NCBI GenBank assembly: GCA_032161105.1
Contig: JAVHTD010000001.1
Reading direction: 5' to 3' (one strand)
DNA length: 64,000 nucleotides
Origin: Candidatus Thermosaccharophagus tengchongensis
Lineage (GTDB): Bacteria > Armatimonadota > Fervidibacteria > Fervidibacterales > Thermosaccharophagaceae
The translations under genes were made by a program, and so were the position numbers. How positions within the stretch are numbered: position 1 is the stretch's first letter; each line of letters opens with the position of its first letter. Below are positions 10,928 to 21,395 of the stretch, one piece after another. The notes below the pieces were generated by a model. That model was given only the letters and a program-made list of their open reading frames with translations, did not search any database and was not told the DNA's origin.

Positions 10928-11476
10928 GTGTCGGGCAAGCAAACACATTCAAGCCGGAAAGAGAGAGTGAGGCAAGATGGTGGTGAGCATGGCGAGAGGA
11001 AGCGCTTTTATGCGATCGGCGTTGCAGCGAAGATGCTCAACTTGCATCCGCAAACAATCAGGTTGTATGAACGGCTTGGGTTAATAAAGCCGAGGCGCGA
11101 TGCGCACGGAAAGCGGATGTATGACGATGAGGATATTGAGCGCATTCGCAGGATACAGCATCTCACTCAGCAGATGGGCGTCAACTTAGCCGGCGTTGAG
11201 ATCATCATCAGGTTGATGGAGCGCATAAGCGAACTTGAAAGGGAACTTGAGCAGCTCAAGGAGGGCGTTGAGGAGAAAGTTGAGCAGCGTGCGAAGGTGC
11301 TTGCACTACAACTTCTTGACTGGCTTCGCTATCAGGAGCACATCAAGGCTGGCGCGGCTTTGAAAATTCTCTCGGAAAACCCGCTTGTTAGAGCGGGGGA
11401 TTGGGAAGCGCTATTGGAGCTGTTTGATCAATTCATCGTGCATAAGCGATTTGGGAGTGAAATGCCGGAGGCTTAG
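10928..11476 (+). CDS. hspR: HspR-like MerR-family heat-shock repressor
   Basis: YAIGVAAKMLNLHPQTIRLYERLGLIKPRR...LTQQMGVNLAGVEII. Lies directly after dnaJ. Confidence 0.85.
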   Translation: MSGKQTHSSRKERVRQDGGEHGERKRFYAIGVAAKMLNLHPQTIRLYERLGLIKPRRDAHGKRMYDDEDIERIRRIQHLTQQMGVNLAGVEIIIRLMERISELERELEQLKEGVEEKVEQRAKVLALQLLDWLRYQEHIKAGAALKILSENPLVRAGDWEALLELFDQFIVHKRFGSEMPEA

Positions 11477-11644
11477 GGCTTGAGTCAAGTGCGCATGAGG
11501 AAGCCGCTTTAAATCCCCGCGCGCCCTTACACCCCTTCAACGGGTTGCATTAGATGCATCGCCTAAGGAGCGTGGTGGCAACGAATGCTGTTCAATCCGT
11601 CGCTTGGGATGTGCGGGCAAAGTTGAGCTCCGAGGTGAGACGAT

Positions 11645-12844
11645 ATGAATGAGCATGTTGGGCAGTGCGCAAACTATGGTGGCAACATGCGCAGAGTCAA
11701 CATGAGGAATACATTAGCCGCTTGGTTTTGCGGCGTCGTGTGCGGTGCAGCTTTCGTGCTTTTTGGTGCTTGGCTAAATGAGCGCTTTGGCTTGCTGCAC
11801 AATGAGGGGCAATCAAAGCGTGCTCAGTTTGGTGAGCAAGTGGTTTCACCCTCACTGACATACAAGCCGGCGGTGAAGCAGCCGAACTTTTTGGTTGAGG
11901 CTGTGAAGAAAGTTGTGCCGGCTGTCGTTTGCATTCGCGGATACACGCGCTTAAAGCCGTTTGGAATCTTCAGCGAACTTGAGCGCACTCCAACTGAGCT
12001 CGCTTCCGGAATCATCTTTGATGGCAAGGGTGGCTACATTGTGACGAACCAACATGTCCTTGAGGGGAGTTCTCAATGGAGCGCACAGCTGATTGATGGC
12101 AGGCAATTCAAGCTGCAAAAGGTGGCTGAGGATAAAAGGGCAGACATCGCGCTGTTAAGGATGATCGGGGCAAGTTCGCTACCGCAGGCTTCGTTTAAGA
12201 GCTCAAAAGATGTTGAGGTCGGCTCTTGGGTGATTGCGATTGGCAACCCGTATGGTAAGACACACACAGTCACAGTCGGAATTGTCAGTGCCAAAGGGCG
12301 TGACATAAGGGATGGAGTCAGATTCATACCTGATGCCATACAGACCGATGCCCCAATCAACCCGGGTAATAGCGGTGGACCGTTGTGCGACATCACCGGC
12401 AATGTCATCGGGATAAACACCGCTATCAACCCTCAAGAGTGGGGCATCGGTTACGCCATATCTTCCGATTTTGCCCTCCAAGTGGTTGATAGCTTGCTTC
12501 GCAAGCGCAAGGTAAGTCGCCCTTGGCTCGGAATTGAGTATGTGATGCTGAGCGAGCATGAAAGGCAGCAGCTCGGGATCAGGTGTGAAAGGGCACTCAT
12601 GGTTAAGAGGGTGCAAGCCGGGAGCAGCGCTCACAGGGCTGGCATAGTGAGCGGTGACATCATCGTTGCGATTGATGGGAGGGAGGTTGAAGACATGCTC
12701 CATTTAAAGCGCGCCGTATCAAGTGCTGGTGTGGGCGGCTCAGTCAAACTGCGATTATTCCGCAATGGACGCTACTTGGACATAACGGTGAAGATTAGGG
12801 AGATGCAATTGGAGCGCATCTCCGATGAGAGCAGTTGGAGGTGA
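11645..12844 (+). CDS. HtrA-family trypsin-like serine protease with one PDZ domain
   Basis: TM segment, ASGII, TNQHVL, DIALL, IQTDAPINPGNSGGPL, RPWLGI PDZ. Confidence 0.92.
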   Translation: MNEHVGQCANYGGNMRRVNMRNTLAAWFCGVVCGAAFVLFGAWLNERFGLLHNEGQSKRAQFGEQVVSPSLTYKPAVKQPNFLVEAVKKVVPAVVCIRGYTRLKPFGIFSELERTPTELASGIIFDGKGGYIVTNQHVLEGSSQWSAQLIDGRQFKLQKVAEDKRADIALLRMIGASSLPQASFKSSKDVEVGSWVIAIGNPYGKTHTVTVGIVSAKGRDIRDGVRFIPDAIQTDAPINPGNSGGPLCDITGNVIGINTAINPQEWGIGYAISSDFALQVVDSLLRKRKVSRPWLGIEYVMLSEHERQQLGIRCERALMVKRVQAGSSAHRAGIVSGDIIVAIDGREVEDMLHLKRAVSSAGVGGSVKLRLFRNGRYLDITVKIREMQLERISDESSWR

Positions 12845-12847
12845 TGG

Positions 12848-15457
12848 ATGATGGAACTTGGCATGAACAAGTTCACAGTGAAGGCGCAGGAGGCATTGCA
12901 AGGCGCATATCAGCTCGCTCAATCATACGGGCATGTTGAGATTGAGCCAGAGCACCTTCTCCTTGCAATGCTGCAAGCGCGTGATTCAACGCCGGTTAAA
13001 GTGCTTGAGAAGGTTGGCGTCCCAATTGAGCGCCTTGAAAACGCTTTGAGAAATGAGCTGTCACGCCGGCCGAGAGTTAGCGGCACAACTTCAATTTATG
13101 TCAGCCAGAGGTTGCTTAACCTTCTCAGAAACGCCGAAATTGAGATGCGCGACATGCAAGACCATTACATCTCAACTGAGCATCTCCTTTTGGCGCTCTC
13201 AGCTGATTCAAGCGCGGCTGGCAAGCTGCTGAATCAGTTTGGTGCAACGCATGCAGCGCTTGTTCAAGCAGTGAGGGCAATACGAGGTCCGCATCGTGTC
13301 CTTGACCAACATGCCGAGGAGCAATATCAAGCATTGGAGCGCTTCGGGCGCAACTTGACTGAGTTGGCGAGGAAGGGCAAGCTTGATCCAGTCATTGGGC
13401 GAGATGAGGAAATAAGGCGAGTCATGCATGTCCTGTCAAGGCGGACGAAGAACAACCCCGTGTTGATTGGCGAACCCGGTGTTGGCAAGACGGCAATAGT
13501 TGAGGGGCTTGCGCAACGAATCGCAAATGGCGATGTCCCAGAGTCGCTCAGGGATAAGGAGATAGTCCAACTTGACATTGCCGGGTTGCTTGCCGGAACG
13601 AAGTTTCGCGGTGAATTTGAAGAGCGCTTGAAAGCAGTGCTAAACGAGATAGTGAGCAGTGAAGGACGCATAATCGTCTTCATTGATGAACTGCACACGA
13701 TAGTCGGGGCTGGCGCAGCCGAGGGCGCAATTGCTGCCGGGGATATGCTCAAGCCTCCTTTGGCTCGCGGTGAGCTGAGATGCATTGGAGCAACGACTGT
13801 TGATGAATATCGCAAGCACATTGAGAAGGATCCGGCACTTGAAAGGCGCTTCCAACCGATATATGTGGGTGAGCCATCCGTTGAAGACACGATTGCGATA
13901 CTTCGTGGGTTGAAGGAGAGATACGAAGTTCATCACGGTGTTCGGATCAAGGACAGTGCCCTCGTCGCTGCTGCTGTCCTATCGCATCGCTACATCACGG
14001 ACCGCTATTTGCCCGATAAAGCGATTGACCTCGTTGATGAAGCTGCAGCGAAGCTCCGCATGGAGATAGACTCCATGCCGACCGAAATTGACGAGCTTGA
14101 AAGGCGCATAAGGCAGCTTGAGATTGAGAGAGCTGTGTTGCTCAAGGAGACGGACGAGGAATCAAGCAAGCAGCTTCAAAAGATTGAAGCGCAAATTGCC
14201 GACCTGCGCGAGCGTGCCGACAGGCTGAAGGCACAGTGGATGCGTGAGAAGGAGATCATCAAGCGCATAAGGGAGATAAAGGAGAGAATTGAGCAGACAA
14301 GGTTTGAGATGGAGAGAGCCGAGAGGGAATACGACTTAAACAGGGCTGCTGAGTTGCGCTATGGCAGATTGATTGAGCTTCAACGCCAGCTTGAGGAGGC
14401 TGAGAGGGAGCTCGCAACGCTGCAAAGCGACGGCAGGCTGTTGAAGGAGGAGGTTGACGAAGAGGACATCGCTGAAGTGGTCAGCAAATGGACTGGCATA
14501 CCGGTGACAAAGCTGATGGAGAGCGAAACGCAAAAGCTCCTCAGGATAGAGGAGAGGTTGAGACTCAGGGTTGTTGGACAGGATCATGCAATTGAGGCAG
14601 TCGCAAATGCCGTAAGGAGAGCGAGGGCTGGTTTGCAAGACCCAAACAGACCGCTTGCGTCGTTCATCTTCATCGGACCAACCGGCGTTGGAAAAACGGA
14701 GCTTGCAAAGGCGCTTGCCGAATTCCTATTTGACGATGAGCGTGCGATGGTGCGCATTGACATGAGCGAGTATCAGGAGAAGCACACAGTCTCAAGGTTG
14801 ATTGGTGCTCCACCGGGCTATGTCGGATATGAGGAAGGCGGACAGCTAACCGAAGCAATTAGAAGGCGTCCGTATTCGGTCATACTGTTTGACGAGATTG
14901 AGAAGGCGCACCACGAAGTCTTCAATGTCCTCCTTCAGGTGCTTGATGACGGCAGATTGACGGATGGGCATGGGCGCACCGTTGACTTCAGAAACACGAT
15001 TATCATCATGACGAGCAATCTCGGCACAGAGGCAATCTACAGGACGAGGGATAGAGAGGCGCTTGAGCGCGAGATAAGAACAGCTTTGCAAGTTCACTTT
15101 CGCCCCGAGTTCTTGAACCGCATTGACGAGATCATCGTCTTCAACCCGCTCACGAAGGAAGTGATTAAGCAGATTGTGGACATGCAAACTGAGAGGCTAC
15201 AGCAAAGGCTCTCCGACAAGAGGATAAAACTTCGCCTGACAGATAGGGCGCGTTCACAGCTTGCCGAGGAGGGATACGACCCAACATTTGGCGCAAGACC
15301 GTTAAGGCGCACAATTGAGAGGCGAATAGCAAACCCACTCGCAAAGAAGATCATTGCCGGCGAGATTAAAGAGGGAAGTGAGGTGCTCGTTGATTACGAC
15401 GAAGCCATGGGCGAGTTTACATTCGCCGCCATTGAGCCAGTCCCACAGCCGGCTTAA
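12848..15457 (+). CDS. clpB: ATP-dependent chaperone ClpB
   Basis: Clp N domain, GEPGVGKT, coiled-coil M domain (AAELRYG), [29 protein letters not shown]. Confidence 0.97.
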   Translation: MMELGMNKFTVKAQEALQGAYQLAQSYGHVEIEPEHLLLAMLQARDSTPVKVLEKVGVPIERLENALRNELSRRPRVSGTTSIYVSQRLLNLLRNAEIEMRDMQDHYISTEHLLLALSADSSAAGKLLNQFGATHAALVQAVRAIRGPHRVLDQHAEEQYQALERFGRNLTELARKGKLDPVIGRDEEIRRVMHVLSRRTKNNPVLIGEPGVGKTAIVEGLAQRIANGDVPESLRDKEIVQLDIAGLLAGTKFRGEFEERLKAVLNEIVSSEGRIIVFIDELHTIVGAGAAEGAIAAGDMLKPPLARGELRCIGATTVDEYRKHIEKDPALERRFQPIYVGEPSVEDTIAILRGLKERYEVHHGVRIKDSALVAAAVLSHRYITDRYLPDKAIDLVDEAAAKLRMEIDSMPTEIDELERRIRQLEIERAVLLKETDEESSKQLQKIEAQIADLRERADRLKAQWMREKEIIKRIREIKERIEQTRFEMERAEREYDLNRAAELRYGRLIELQRQLEEAERELATLQSDGRLLKEEVDEEDIAEVVSKWTGIPVTKLMESETQKLLRIEERLRLRVVGQDHAIEAVANAVRRARAGLQDPNRPLASFIFIGPTGVGKTELAKALAEFLFDDERAMVRIDMSEYQEKHTVSRLIGAPPGYVGYEEGGQLTEAIRRRPYSVILFDEIEKAHHEVFNVLLQVLDDGRLTDGHGRTVDFRNTIIIMTSNLGTEAIYRTRDREALEREIRTALQVHFRPEFLNRIDEIIVFNPLTKEVIKQIVDMQTERLQQRLSDKRIKLRLTDRARSQLAEEGYDPTFGARPLRRTIERRIANPLAKKIIAGEIKEGSEVLVDYDEAMGEFTFAAIEPVPQPA

Positions 15458-15721
15458 AACTTGAGGGAGAAATTGCCTTGCGCCCATGAGCAACCAATTT
15501 TGTGCGACCAAACTCAGTGGCGTTCCATTAGCATCTCTTGCAGCTCATTCTCCGATTGCGATATAACCATGGTGTGACCAAACTCATATCTTGATGGAGT
15601 GTTGTCTGGATATACGATGGCAATGAGCAGCCTTGTGGGTTTGCGAAGGCACATTAACCAATGCTCTCATGTGCTTGCATTTGCAACCTTCAATGTGCGC
15701 CATTTGGTTGACAGCACATCG

Positions 15722-15730
15722 TGCTATAAT
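15722..15730 (+). promoter_or_regulatory. Putative extended -10 promoter (TGcTATAAT) for the prepilin-type gene
   Basis: TGCTATAAT, overlapped by the palindrome AGCAC-atc-GTGCT (15713-15725). TTGACA at 15708 is only 11 nt upstream, too close to be its -35. Confidence 0.45.
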
Positions 15731-15864
15731 GGTATTGTGAAGCAAAGGAGCAGGGACTTTACTCAAGCAAGGGGGTGATGAATGGGTAGGGAATATGCAT
15801 TGAGTGTGAGAGTATGCGCATATGATGTGTCCAAGGAGGCATATAAAGTAAGGAGGGATGTGAC

Positions 15865-16563
15865 ATGAAGCGATGGATGAAGGAAGGTTTTACATTGATT
15901 GAGCTGCTTGTGGTGATAGCGATAATCGCGATTCTGGCGGCAATTCTGTTCCCGGTGTTCGCCAGGGCGCGAGAGAAGGCTCGTTCATCAAGTTGTCAGA
16001 GCAACTTGAAGCAGATCGGACTGGCATTCCACCAATATATGACTGACTACGACGAACGGATGCCAGGGAGTTGGTTTGATGTAAACGGCAGTGGGTCTCT
16101 GGATCAAGGCGATTACACATGGCGTGTTGCCATTCAACCTTACATTAAGAATCGCCAGATCTTTGTGTGCCCATCAGACCCAACACGAAATGCATTTTCC
16201 CAAGTGTATGATCCATCGACTGATTATAGTGATATTGCCCCGAGCGGTGCAGCGTATACGGCAGGTTATGGGATGAACACAGTCCATTGGGCGTCGGGTC
16301 CGCCAACACCACCATTTTGGCAACCTGATTCCGCCATCGTTGACCCCGCTGGCACAGTGCTTGTCGCCGATAGCACAGGCTTTGAAATTTCTTACCAGTC
16401 CAATGCTCATGGCTACTTGAGATCAGGAGCGGGGGAGACTCGCCACCTTGAGGGAGCTAATTATCTTTTCTGTGATGGACATGTGAAGTGGCTAAAACCA
16501 ACAAATGTCTCATGCTCAGCCTCACCATCAAAGTGCATGTGGAGCATTGAGGACCCAGGGTAA
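15865..16563 (+). CDS. Prepilin-type N-terminal cleavage/methylation protein with DUF1559-like body and C-terminal H-X9-DG motif
   Basis: G^[74 protein letters not shown]. Confidence 0.93.
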   Translation: MKRWMKEGFTLIELLVVIAIIAILAAILFPVFARAREKARSSSCQSNLKQIGLAFHQYMTDYDERMPGSWFDVNGSGSLDQGDYTWRVAIQPYIKNRQIFVCPSDPTRNAFSQVYDPSTDYSDIAPSGAAYTAGYGMNTVHWASGPPTPPFWQPDSAIVDPAGTVLVADSTGFEISYQSNAHGYLRSGAGETRHLEGANYLFCDGHVKWLKPTNVSCSASPSKCMWSIEDPG

Positions 16564-16579
16564 GGTTGGATAAAGCAGT

Positions 16580-16607
16580 TTGGGGCAGGGTATTTACCCT
16601 GCCCCAA
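16580..16607 (+). terminator. Perfect inverted repeat (terminator or mRNA-stabilising hairpin) after the prepilin gene
   Basis: TTGGGGCAGGGTA-tt-TACCCTGCCCCAA. No canonical U-tract follows. Confidence 0.6.
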
Positions 16608-16643
16608 GGAGTTACAGGGCGCTGTTTTTGAGTGGACGAGGAC

Positions 16644-16763
16644 ATGGGTGGATATGTTCGAAGGAGAGCAGACGGGCATGTGAAGTGGTATAGTGCAGAA
16701 ACAATTGCTGCGCAGTGGGGAAAGGAGATTCGTCCAGGACCATGCTGCACTACTCCGCCATAG
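16644..16763 (+). pseudogene. Degenerate C-terminal fragment of a second H-X9-DG prepilin-type gene (39-aa ORF)
   Basis: Translates MGGYVRRRADGHVKWYSAETIAAQWGKEIRPGPCCTTPP*. It shares CATGTGAAGTGG with the upstream gene. Confidence 0.55.
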
Positions 16764-16960
16764 TTTCAGATGTCCAGAGTAGCTGATGACAATCCACTCG
16801 CAAATATCCCTTTCAATCTGTAGGGGTGTTTAATGTTGTTCCGTGTTGATGGAAGTAGTTTCTGTTGTCAGAAGAGGCAAAGGGCAGTGGCGAGATTGTC
16901 GTTGATTACGAATTAAGTGGAGATAACACTGTGACCGTGTATGTGTATATCGGTGTAAGG

Positions 16961-18058
16961 TTATTTCGCTTTCATGCCGATGCCATCAACGCATATTGTG
17001 GCAGGCTCGCCGATATTTCCCTTGACCTCAAATTTGACCGGCATGAAGTGCTCAATCACCCACATGTTTGTGTGGGCGTGCATTGTTAGTTTTTCGGTCC
17101 GAATGCACGAGCGCCCGTCAGCCAAAGCCATGTAAAGCACAAGTTGGTCACATAGCCTCGCATCAATTGGGGCACCGCTCTGCAGATACGATGTGAGCTC
17201 ATCGGCGGCTTCATCTGCGACCCTCTCAGCTGGCTTCCCAATTTCGCCGAGCGATGAGAAGCCAGCGATAGCGTTTTCAAATTCGGCGAGCAGGAAGAGC
17301 ATCGTCCCTTGTCCGATTGATGGCAGCTCAACAATTTCAATCTTAATCGAGCCTTTTGGTATGCCCAACTCAACCAGCCGTTTGAACGCTTGGTTGGCTT
17401 GTCTCTCTGCGATTGAGCGCTTTAGGTTTGATATGGCGCTGACGATTGTGACTTGTCTCATATTGCCCCGCTCAACAATTTCAATCGGCGAAATGGATTG
17501 AACTGGTATCACCTCACAACGCGCTTCACCACCACCCTTTGGATACCATCCGGCTCGCTTAACTTCAAACGATGCTGATGCGCCCATGAGAGTCAGCGTT
17601 GGTAGGAACACGCGTTGGATGTATTCCGCTGGCGGGCTCATTGGGACATGCGTCCCACCGCGAATGATGCGCAGTGTTGATTTCCGTTCGGCAAAGAAGA
17701 GGGCTGGAAGGGCTGTTTGGAAGATGAGCGTCATTGAGCCGGCGCTCGGTCTATCCTCGGAAACATCAAATGTGAAGTCGCCACCGCGCAATCCCTTCGG
17801 GACGAAGGAAAGCACCATGCTATCAACTTGTGCGCCTTTGACTTCGGCACCAGAGATTGCCTGTGCCACTTTAACACCGGTCAGATGCTGTGGGCGAAGC
17901 CCGGGACGGCTTCTTCCAGCCCTTATGCGTTCAATGCGCACTGGCTTTTGAGTCAAAGCTGATAGCGCCAAGCTTGTGCGAAGTATTTGACCGCCACCCT
18001 CGCCGTAGGAACCATCAATGGTAACGAAGCCATTGTTAACATCTGAGCGCTCAGCCAT
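16961..18058 (-). CDS. rtcA: RNA 3'-terminal phosphate cyclase
   Basis: IDGSYGEGGGQILRTSLALS, IRAGRSRPGLRPQH, GGTHVPMSP, GWYPKGGG, DQL, catalytic His in LTMHAHTN. Confidence 0.95.
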   Translation of the reverse strand: MAERSDVNNGFVTIDGSYGEGGGQILRTSLALSALTQKPVRIERIRAGRSRPGLRPQHLTGVKVAQAISGAEVKGAQVDSMVLSFVPKGLRGGDFTFDVSEDRPSAGSMTLIFQTALPALFFAERKSTLRIIRGGTHVPMSPPAEYIQRVFLPTLTLMGASASFEVKRAGWYPKGGGEARCEVIPVQSISPIEIVERGNMRQVTIVSAISNLKRSIAERQANQAFKRLVELGIPKGSIKIEIVELPSIGQGTMLFLLAEFENAIAGFSSLGEIGKPAERVADEAADELTSYLQSGAPIDARLCDQLVLYMALADGRSCIRTEKLTMHAHTNMWVIEHFMPVKFEVKGNIGEPATICVDGIGMKAK

Positions 18059-18161
18059 ATCACATCACCCTATGCGCTGCAGGCATGATGAGGCATTTGC
18101 GCAATGTTCGTATACCCATTGAGCTTCAAGGTTAGCTCATCCAAATCGCATCTCGGATATG

Positions 18162-18170
18162 TGCTATAAT
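18162..18170 (+). promoter_or_regulatory. Putative extended -10 promoter (TGcTATAAT)
   Basis: Same GTGCTATAAT decamer as at 15721. It lies about 47 nt before the 986-aa gene. Confidence 0.45.
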
Positions 18171-18216
18171 TACTTTGACGAAGCTCGTTGGAGATAGCAC
18201 GGTGGGGTGATGTGGG

Positions 18217-21177
18217 ATGCGGGATGGGAAAGTCTTGACGGCGGTGTTGATTGCGTTCTTCTCCGGCACGCTGTTGGCGAGTTTTTATTTTGGGCAGAGG
18301 GAACGCCCGAGAGAAAAAGTAGCTGGTGCACGGAGGCTTCAAGCTGGTGCTGCAAGCATAAGGCAATATGCGCCGTTGGGCAGTGTCAAAATGAACCTGA
18401 ACGCACAAGCTGTGCGAATATTGCTCGGGTTGCGAGATGAGCAACCGTCAGTTTGGACTGGTTCGTTTAAGCTCTCTGAGGGTAAGCTCATAAGCTCGGA
18501 GCCATGGCGAACTGGTGTTGGTGATGTCGTCAATCCGGATGGCACATTCAAGCTGAATACAAGGCAAGTTCAAGCCGGCACTCGCCAGCAACTTGCCATG
18601 ACCGAGAATGGCATCGTGCTCGTATTGGATGCGCCGCCTGCGGCGCGAATTGAAGTGAGCACCGATAAAGGCGATTTCTCGTTCACGCTTGGTGAGCTGT
18701 CTTATGGTAGACCGCTGTTCTTCCTCAACGGGCAAGCTCAGGCTGAACTTGTGCCATGTCCGACAAAGCTTGCTGATACTGAGCGAGAAGAGGATTACCC
18801 ATCAATTGCTTCCTCAAAGTATGGCACAGTAGTCGTTTATGTTGAGCATGACCACTTTGGTCCGCCAACCCCGATTGACATCAAAAGCCTCCCAACGGAT
18901 GAGCAAGGCATACCGATTGACTACTCGGCATTTCATCCAACTGATGGCGGAGACAGGGTTATGCTCACATGGTTTGATGGGAATGAGTGGGCACAGCCAC
19001 AACCAGTCACTAATGAGGGCTTGGATGTTTGGCGTCCGGCTGTAGCTATTGATGGGAGAGGAATTGCGTGGGTCATTTGGAGCGAGAACATAAAGGGCAA
19101 TTGGGAACTTATGTGCAGGCGCTTTGATTTGAAGAAGGGGATATGGTCGCAAGTTGAGAGGTTGACTGACAATCCCGGTGCCGACATAAATGTGTGCGCT
19201 GTTACATCGCCGGTATCAGGAGATGTGTGGATTGCATGGCAGGGTTGGCGAGATGGTGACTTTCAGATCATGGCGATGCGTTTGCAGGAGGGCACAAGGG
19301 GAACACCGATACAGGTTGGCGCAAAGGGCGCAAATGAGTGGTCGCCGGCAATGGCAGCCGATGGGAAAGGTAACATCTATGTTGCATTTGACACATACGA
19401 AACCGGAGACTATGATGTCAAGCTCTGGATGTTCAAGGAAACATCTCCGGATGGTGGGCGCGTCATAAATGTGACTAACTCGCCTGCATTTGAGGCAAGC
19501 CCCGCTATAGCCTGTGATCCAAAAGGGCGAGTTTGGATTGCGTGGGAGATGCGCTCTGTGAATTGGGGTAAGGACATGGGAGCATACTACGGCAAGCAAT
19601 CGCCCGGAACGCAACTTTATGTCGGTCCGCCAATGGTGCGAGTCGCATGCTATGTTGATGGGCAACTTCAGTTCACTGCAACGGATCCAGCTGAAGCCAT
19701 GCCTAAAGGCATGCGCAACTTTTTGAGCTACCCTCGCCTTTGCGTTGACTCAAACGGCAGAGTTTGGCTATCGTTCAGGCGAAGGATGGGATGGCGAGGT
19801 CCGGTCGGAACATATTGGCAATCGTTCCTGACAAGCTATGATGGCGGTGGGTGGACGAATGCAATACCGGTCATTTTCTCCGACAACTTGCTTGACAACC
19901 GACCATCATTAACTACCCTTCCATCCGGCGAGCTGCTTATCGCTTATAGCGGTGATGGGCGATACAAGTATGCTGGACCACCAGCGCTTGCGAACAATGC
20001 CCTCTATCTTGCCGCGATAAGATTTCCCTCACCAAGCGAGCCCAAGTTGGCTGCAACACCGCCGTTTGAATTCCCGAAGGATGTTAAGTTGGTCCATCCG
20101 GAGGAGAAGCAAGACATTGCCCGTTTGAGAGCGTTCAAACTCACCATTGGTGGCAGGACTTACACGCTCATGCGAGGCGAGTTCCACAGGCACACGGAAA
20201 TATCCGCTGATGGTGGTGGTGATGGAGCACTTGAGGACATGTGGCGATATGCCTTAGATGCGGCAGACTTGGACTGGATTGGGTGTGGTGACCATGACAA
20301 TGGTGGTGGGAGAGAATACCCTTGGTGGATAACGCAAAAGACGACGGACATATTCCATCATCCGCCGGTGTTTGTCCCGATGTTCACATATGAGCGAAGT
20401 GTCGTTTATCCGAGCGGGCATCGCAATGTCATGTTTGCACAGCGTGGCATAAGGACGCTTCCACGCCACCCGGACATCAAAGGGACACCGGAGACTGGTG
20501 CGCCTGACACCAAAATGCTTTACCGATACCTTAAGGCATTTGATGGCATATGCGCAATGCACACATCTGCAACGGATATGGGCACCGACTGGCGTGACAA
20601 TGACCCAGTTTACGAACCGATTGTTGAGATTTATCAGGGCTGCAGGCAAAATTATGAGTATAGTGGTGCTCCGAGGAGCGCAACAAGACCTGAGGACTCA
20701 ATTGGCGGTTGGCAACCTGCTGGCTTCGTTTGGGAGGCGTTCAAGAAAGGTATCAAGTTTGGATATCAGTCATCGTCTGACCACATAAGCACACACATAA
20801 GCTATGGCATCGCATTTGTTGAGGAACGGTCAAGGAAAGGGATACTTGATGCGTTCAAGAAACGGCATTGCTATGCTGCGACGGACAATATATTGCTTGT
20901 TGTCACAAGCGGCGAAAATTTGATGGGAGATGAATTTGTGGTAAGACAGCCGCTAAAGCTGAGCATTTACGCCATTGGAACCGCCCCAATAGCGAAGGTG
21001 CACATCATCAAGGACTTCAAGTATGTGCTTACAGTTGAGCCGAAGAAGAGGGAGGTTAAGTTTGATTGGGTAGACAAGGAGATGAAGCCCGGGGCAAGTT
21101 GGTATTATGTGCGAATTGAGCAAGAGGATGGTCAGCTTGCTTGGTCAAGCCCAATGTGGGTGAAATACGAGCCATAG
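18217..21177 (+). CDS. Large exported protein: beta-propeller-like repeats plus C-terminal PHP-type (DUF3604/CehA-McbA-like) metallohydrolase domain
   Basis: N-terminal TM. Repeated P.IA.D..G.VW.AW blades. GEFHRHTEISADG, GCGDHD, GHRNV, MHTS, SSSDH, CYAAT, C-terminal YYVRIEQEDGQLAWSSPMWV. Confidence 0.7.
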   Translation: MRDGKVLTAVLIAFFSGTLLASFYFGQRERPREKVAGARRLQAGAASIRQYAPLGSVKMNLNAQAVRILLGLRDEQPSVWTGSFKLSEGKLISSEPWRTGVGDVVNPDGTFKLNTRQVQAGTRQQLAMTENGIVLVLDAPPAARIEVSTDKGDFSFTLGELSYGRPLFFLNGQAQAELVPCPTKLADTEREEDYPSIASSKYGTVVVYVEHDHFGPPTPIDIKSLPTDEQGIPIDYSAFHPTDGGDRVMLTWFDGNEWAQPQPVTNEGLDVWRPAVAIDGRGIAWVIWSENIKGNWELMCRRFDLKKGIWSQVERLTDNPGADINVCAVTSPVSGDVWIAWQGWRDGDFQIMAMRLQEGTRGTPIQVGAKGANEWSPAMAADGKGNIYVAFDTYETGDYDVKLWMFKETSPDGGRVINVTNSPAFEASPAIACDPKGRVWIAWEMRSVNWGKDMGAYYGKQSPGTQLYVGPPMVRVACYVDGQLQFTATDPAEAMPKGMRNFLSYPRLCVDSNGRVWLSFRRRMGWRGPVGTYWQSFLTSYDGGGWTNAIPVIFSDNLLDNRPSLTTLPSGELLIAYSGDGRYKYAGPPALANNALYLAAIRFPSPSEPKLAATPPFEFPKDVKLVHPEEKQDIARLRAFKLTIGGRTYTLMRGEFHRHTEISADGGGDGALEDMWRYALDAADLDWIGCGDHDNGGGREYPWWITQKTTDIFHHPPVFVPMFTYERSVVYPSGHRNVMFAQRGIRTLPRHPDIKGTPETGAPDTKMLYRYLKAFDGICAMHTSATDMGTDWRDNDPVYEPIVEIYQGCRQNYEYSGAPRSATRPEDSIGGWQPAGFVWEAFKKGIKFGYQSSSDHISTHISYGIAFVEERSRKGILDAFKKRHCYAATDNILLVVTSGENLMGDEFVVRQPLKLSIYAIGTAPIAKVHIIKDFKYVLTVEPKKREVKFDWVDKEMKPGASWYYVRIEQEDGQLAWSSPMWVKYEP

Positions 21178-21395
21178 GCTGGGCAAGAATTAGAGCATAG
21201 CATACTGCATTATAGTTTGAAAAAATTTGCATGTCTGCGAAGGTGGGGGCGAGATTTGTTATCCTCCATTGCACTTCATATCGTTGTATTCTTTGGAGTG
21301 CGGAGATTGTGTCTGTGAATTGGGTGCCGTAAAAGAAGGATGGCGATTTTGTGCGGGGAGTCCGCTTCGCTCCCTTGAAAGGGGCTCACCCCGAA

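Noticed and set aside
15502..15586. Direct repeat as a mini-CRISPR
   Set aside because: Two 15-bp copies only, a 55-nt spacer and no cas genes.
16441..16763. Gene/fragment pair as a diversity-generating retroelement VR/TR
   Set aside because: Identity is limited to about 12-15 nt, differences are not adenine-specific, and there is no reverse transcriptase in the window.
16865..17089. 74-aa ORF overlapping the rtcA 3' end
   Set aside because: TTG start without a clear RBS, more than half antisense to rtcA, and no motif.
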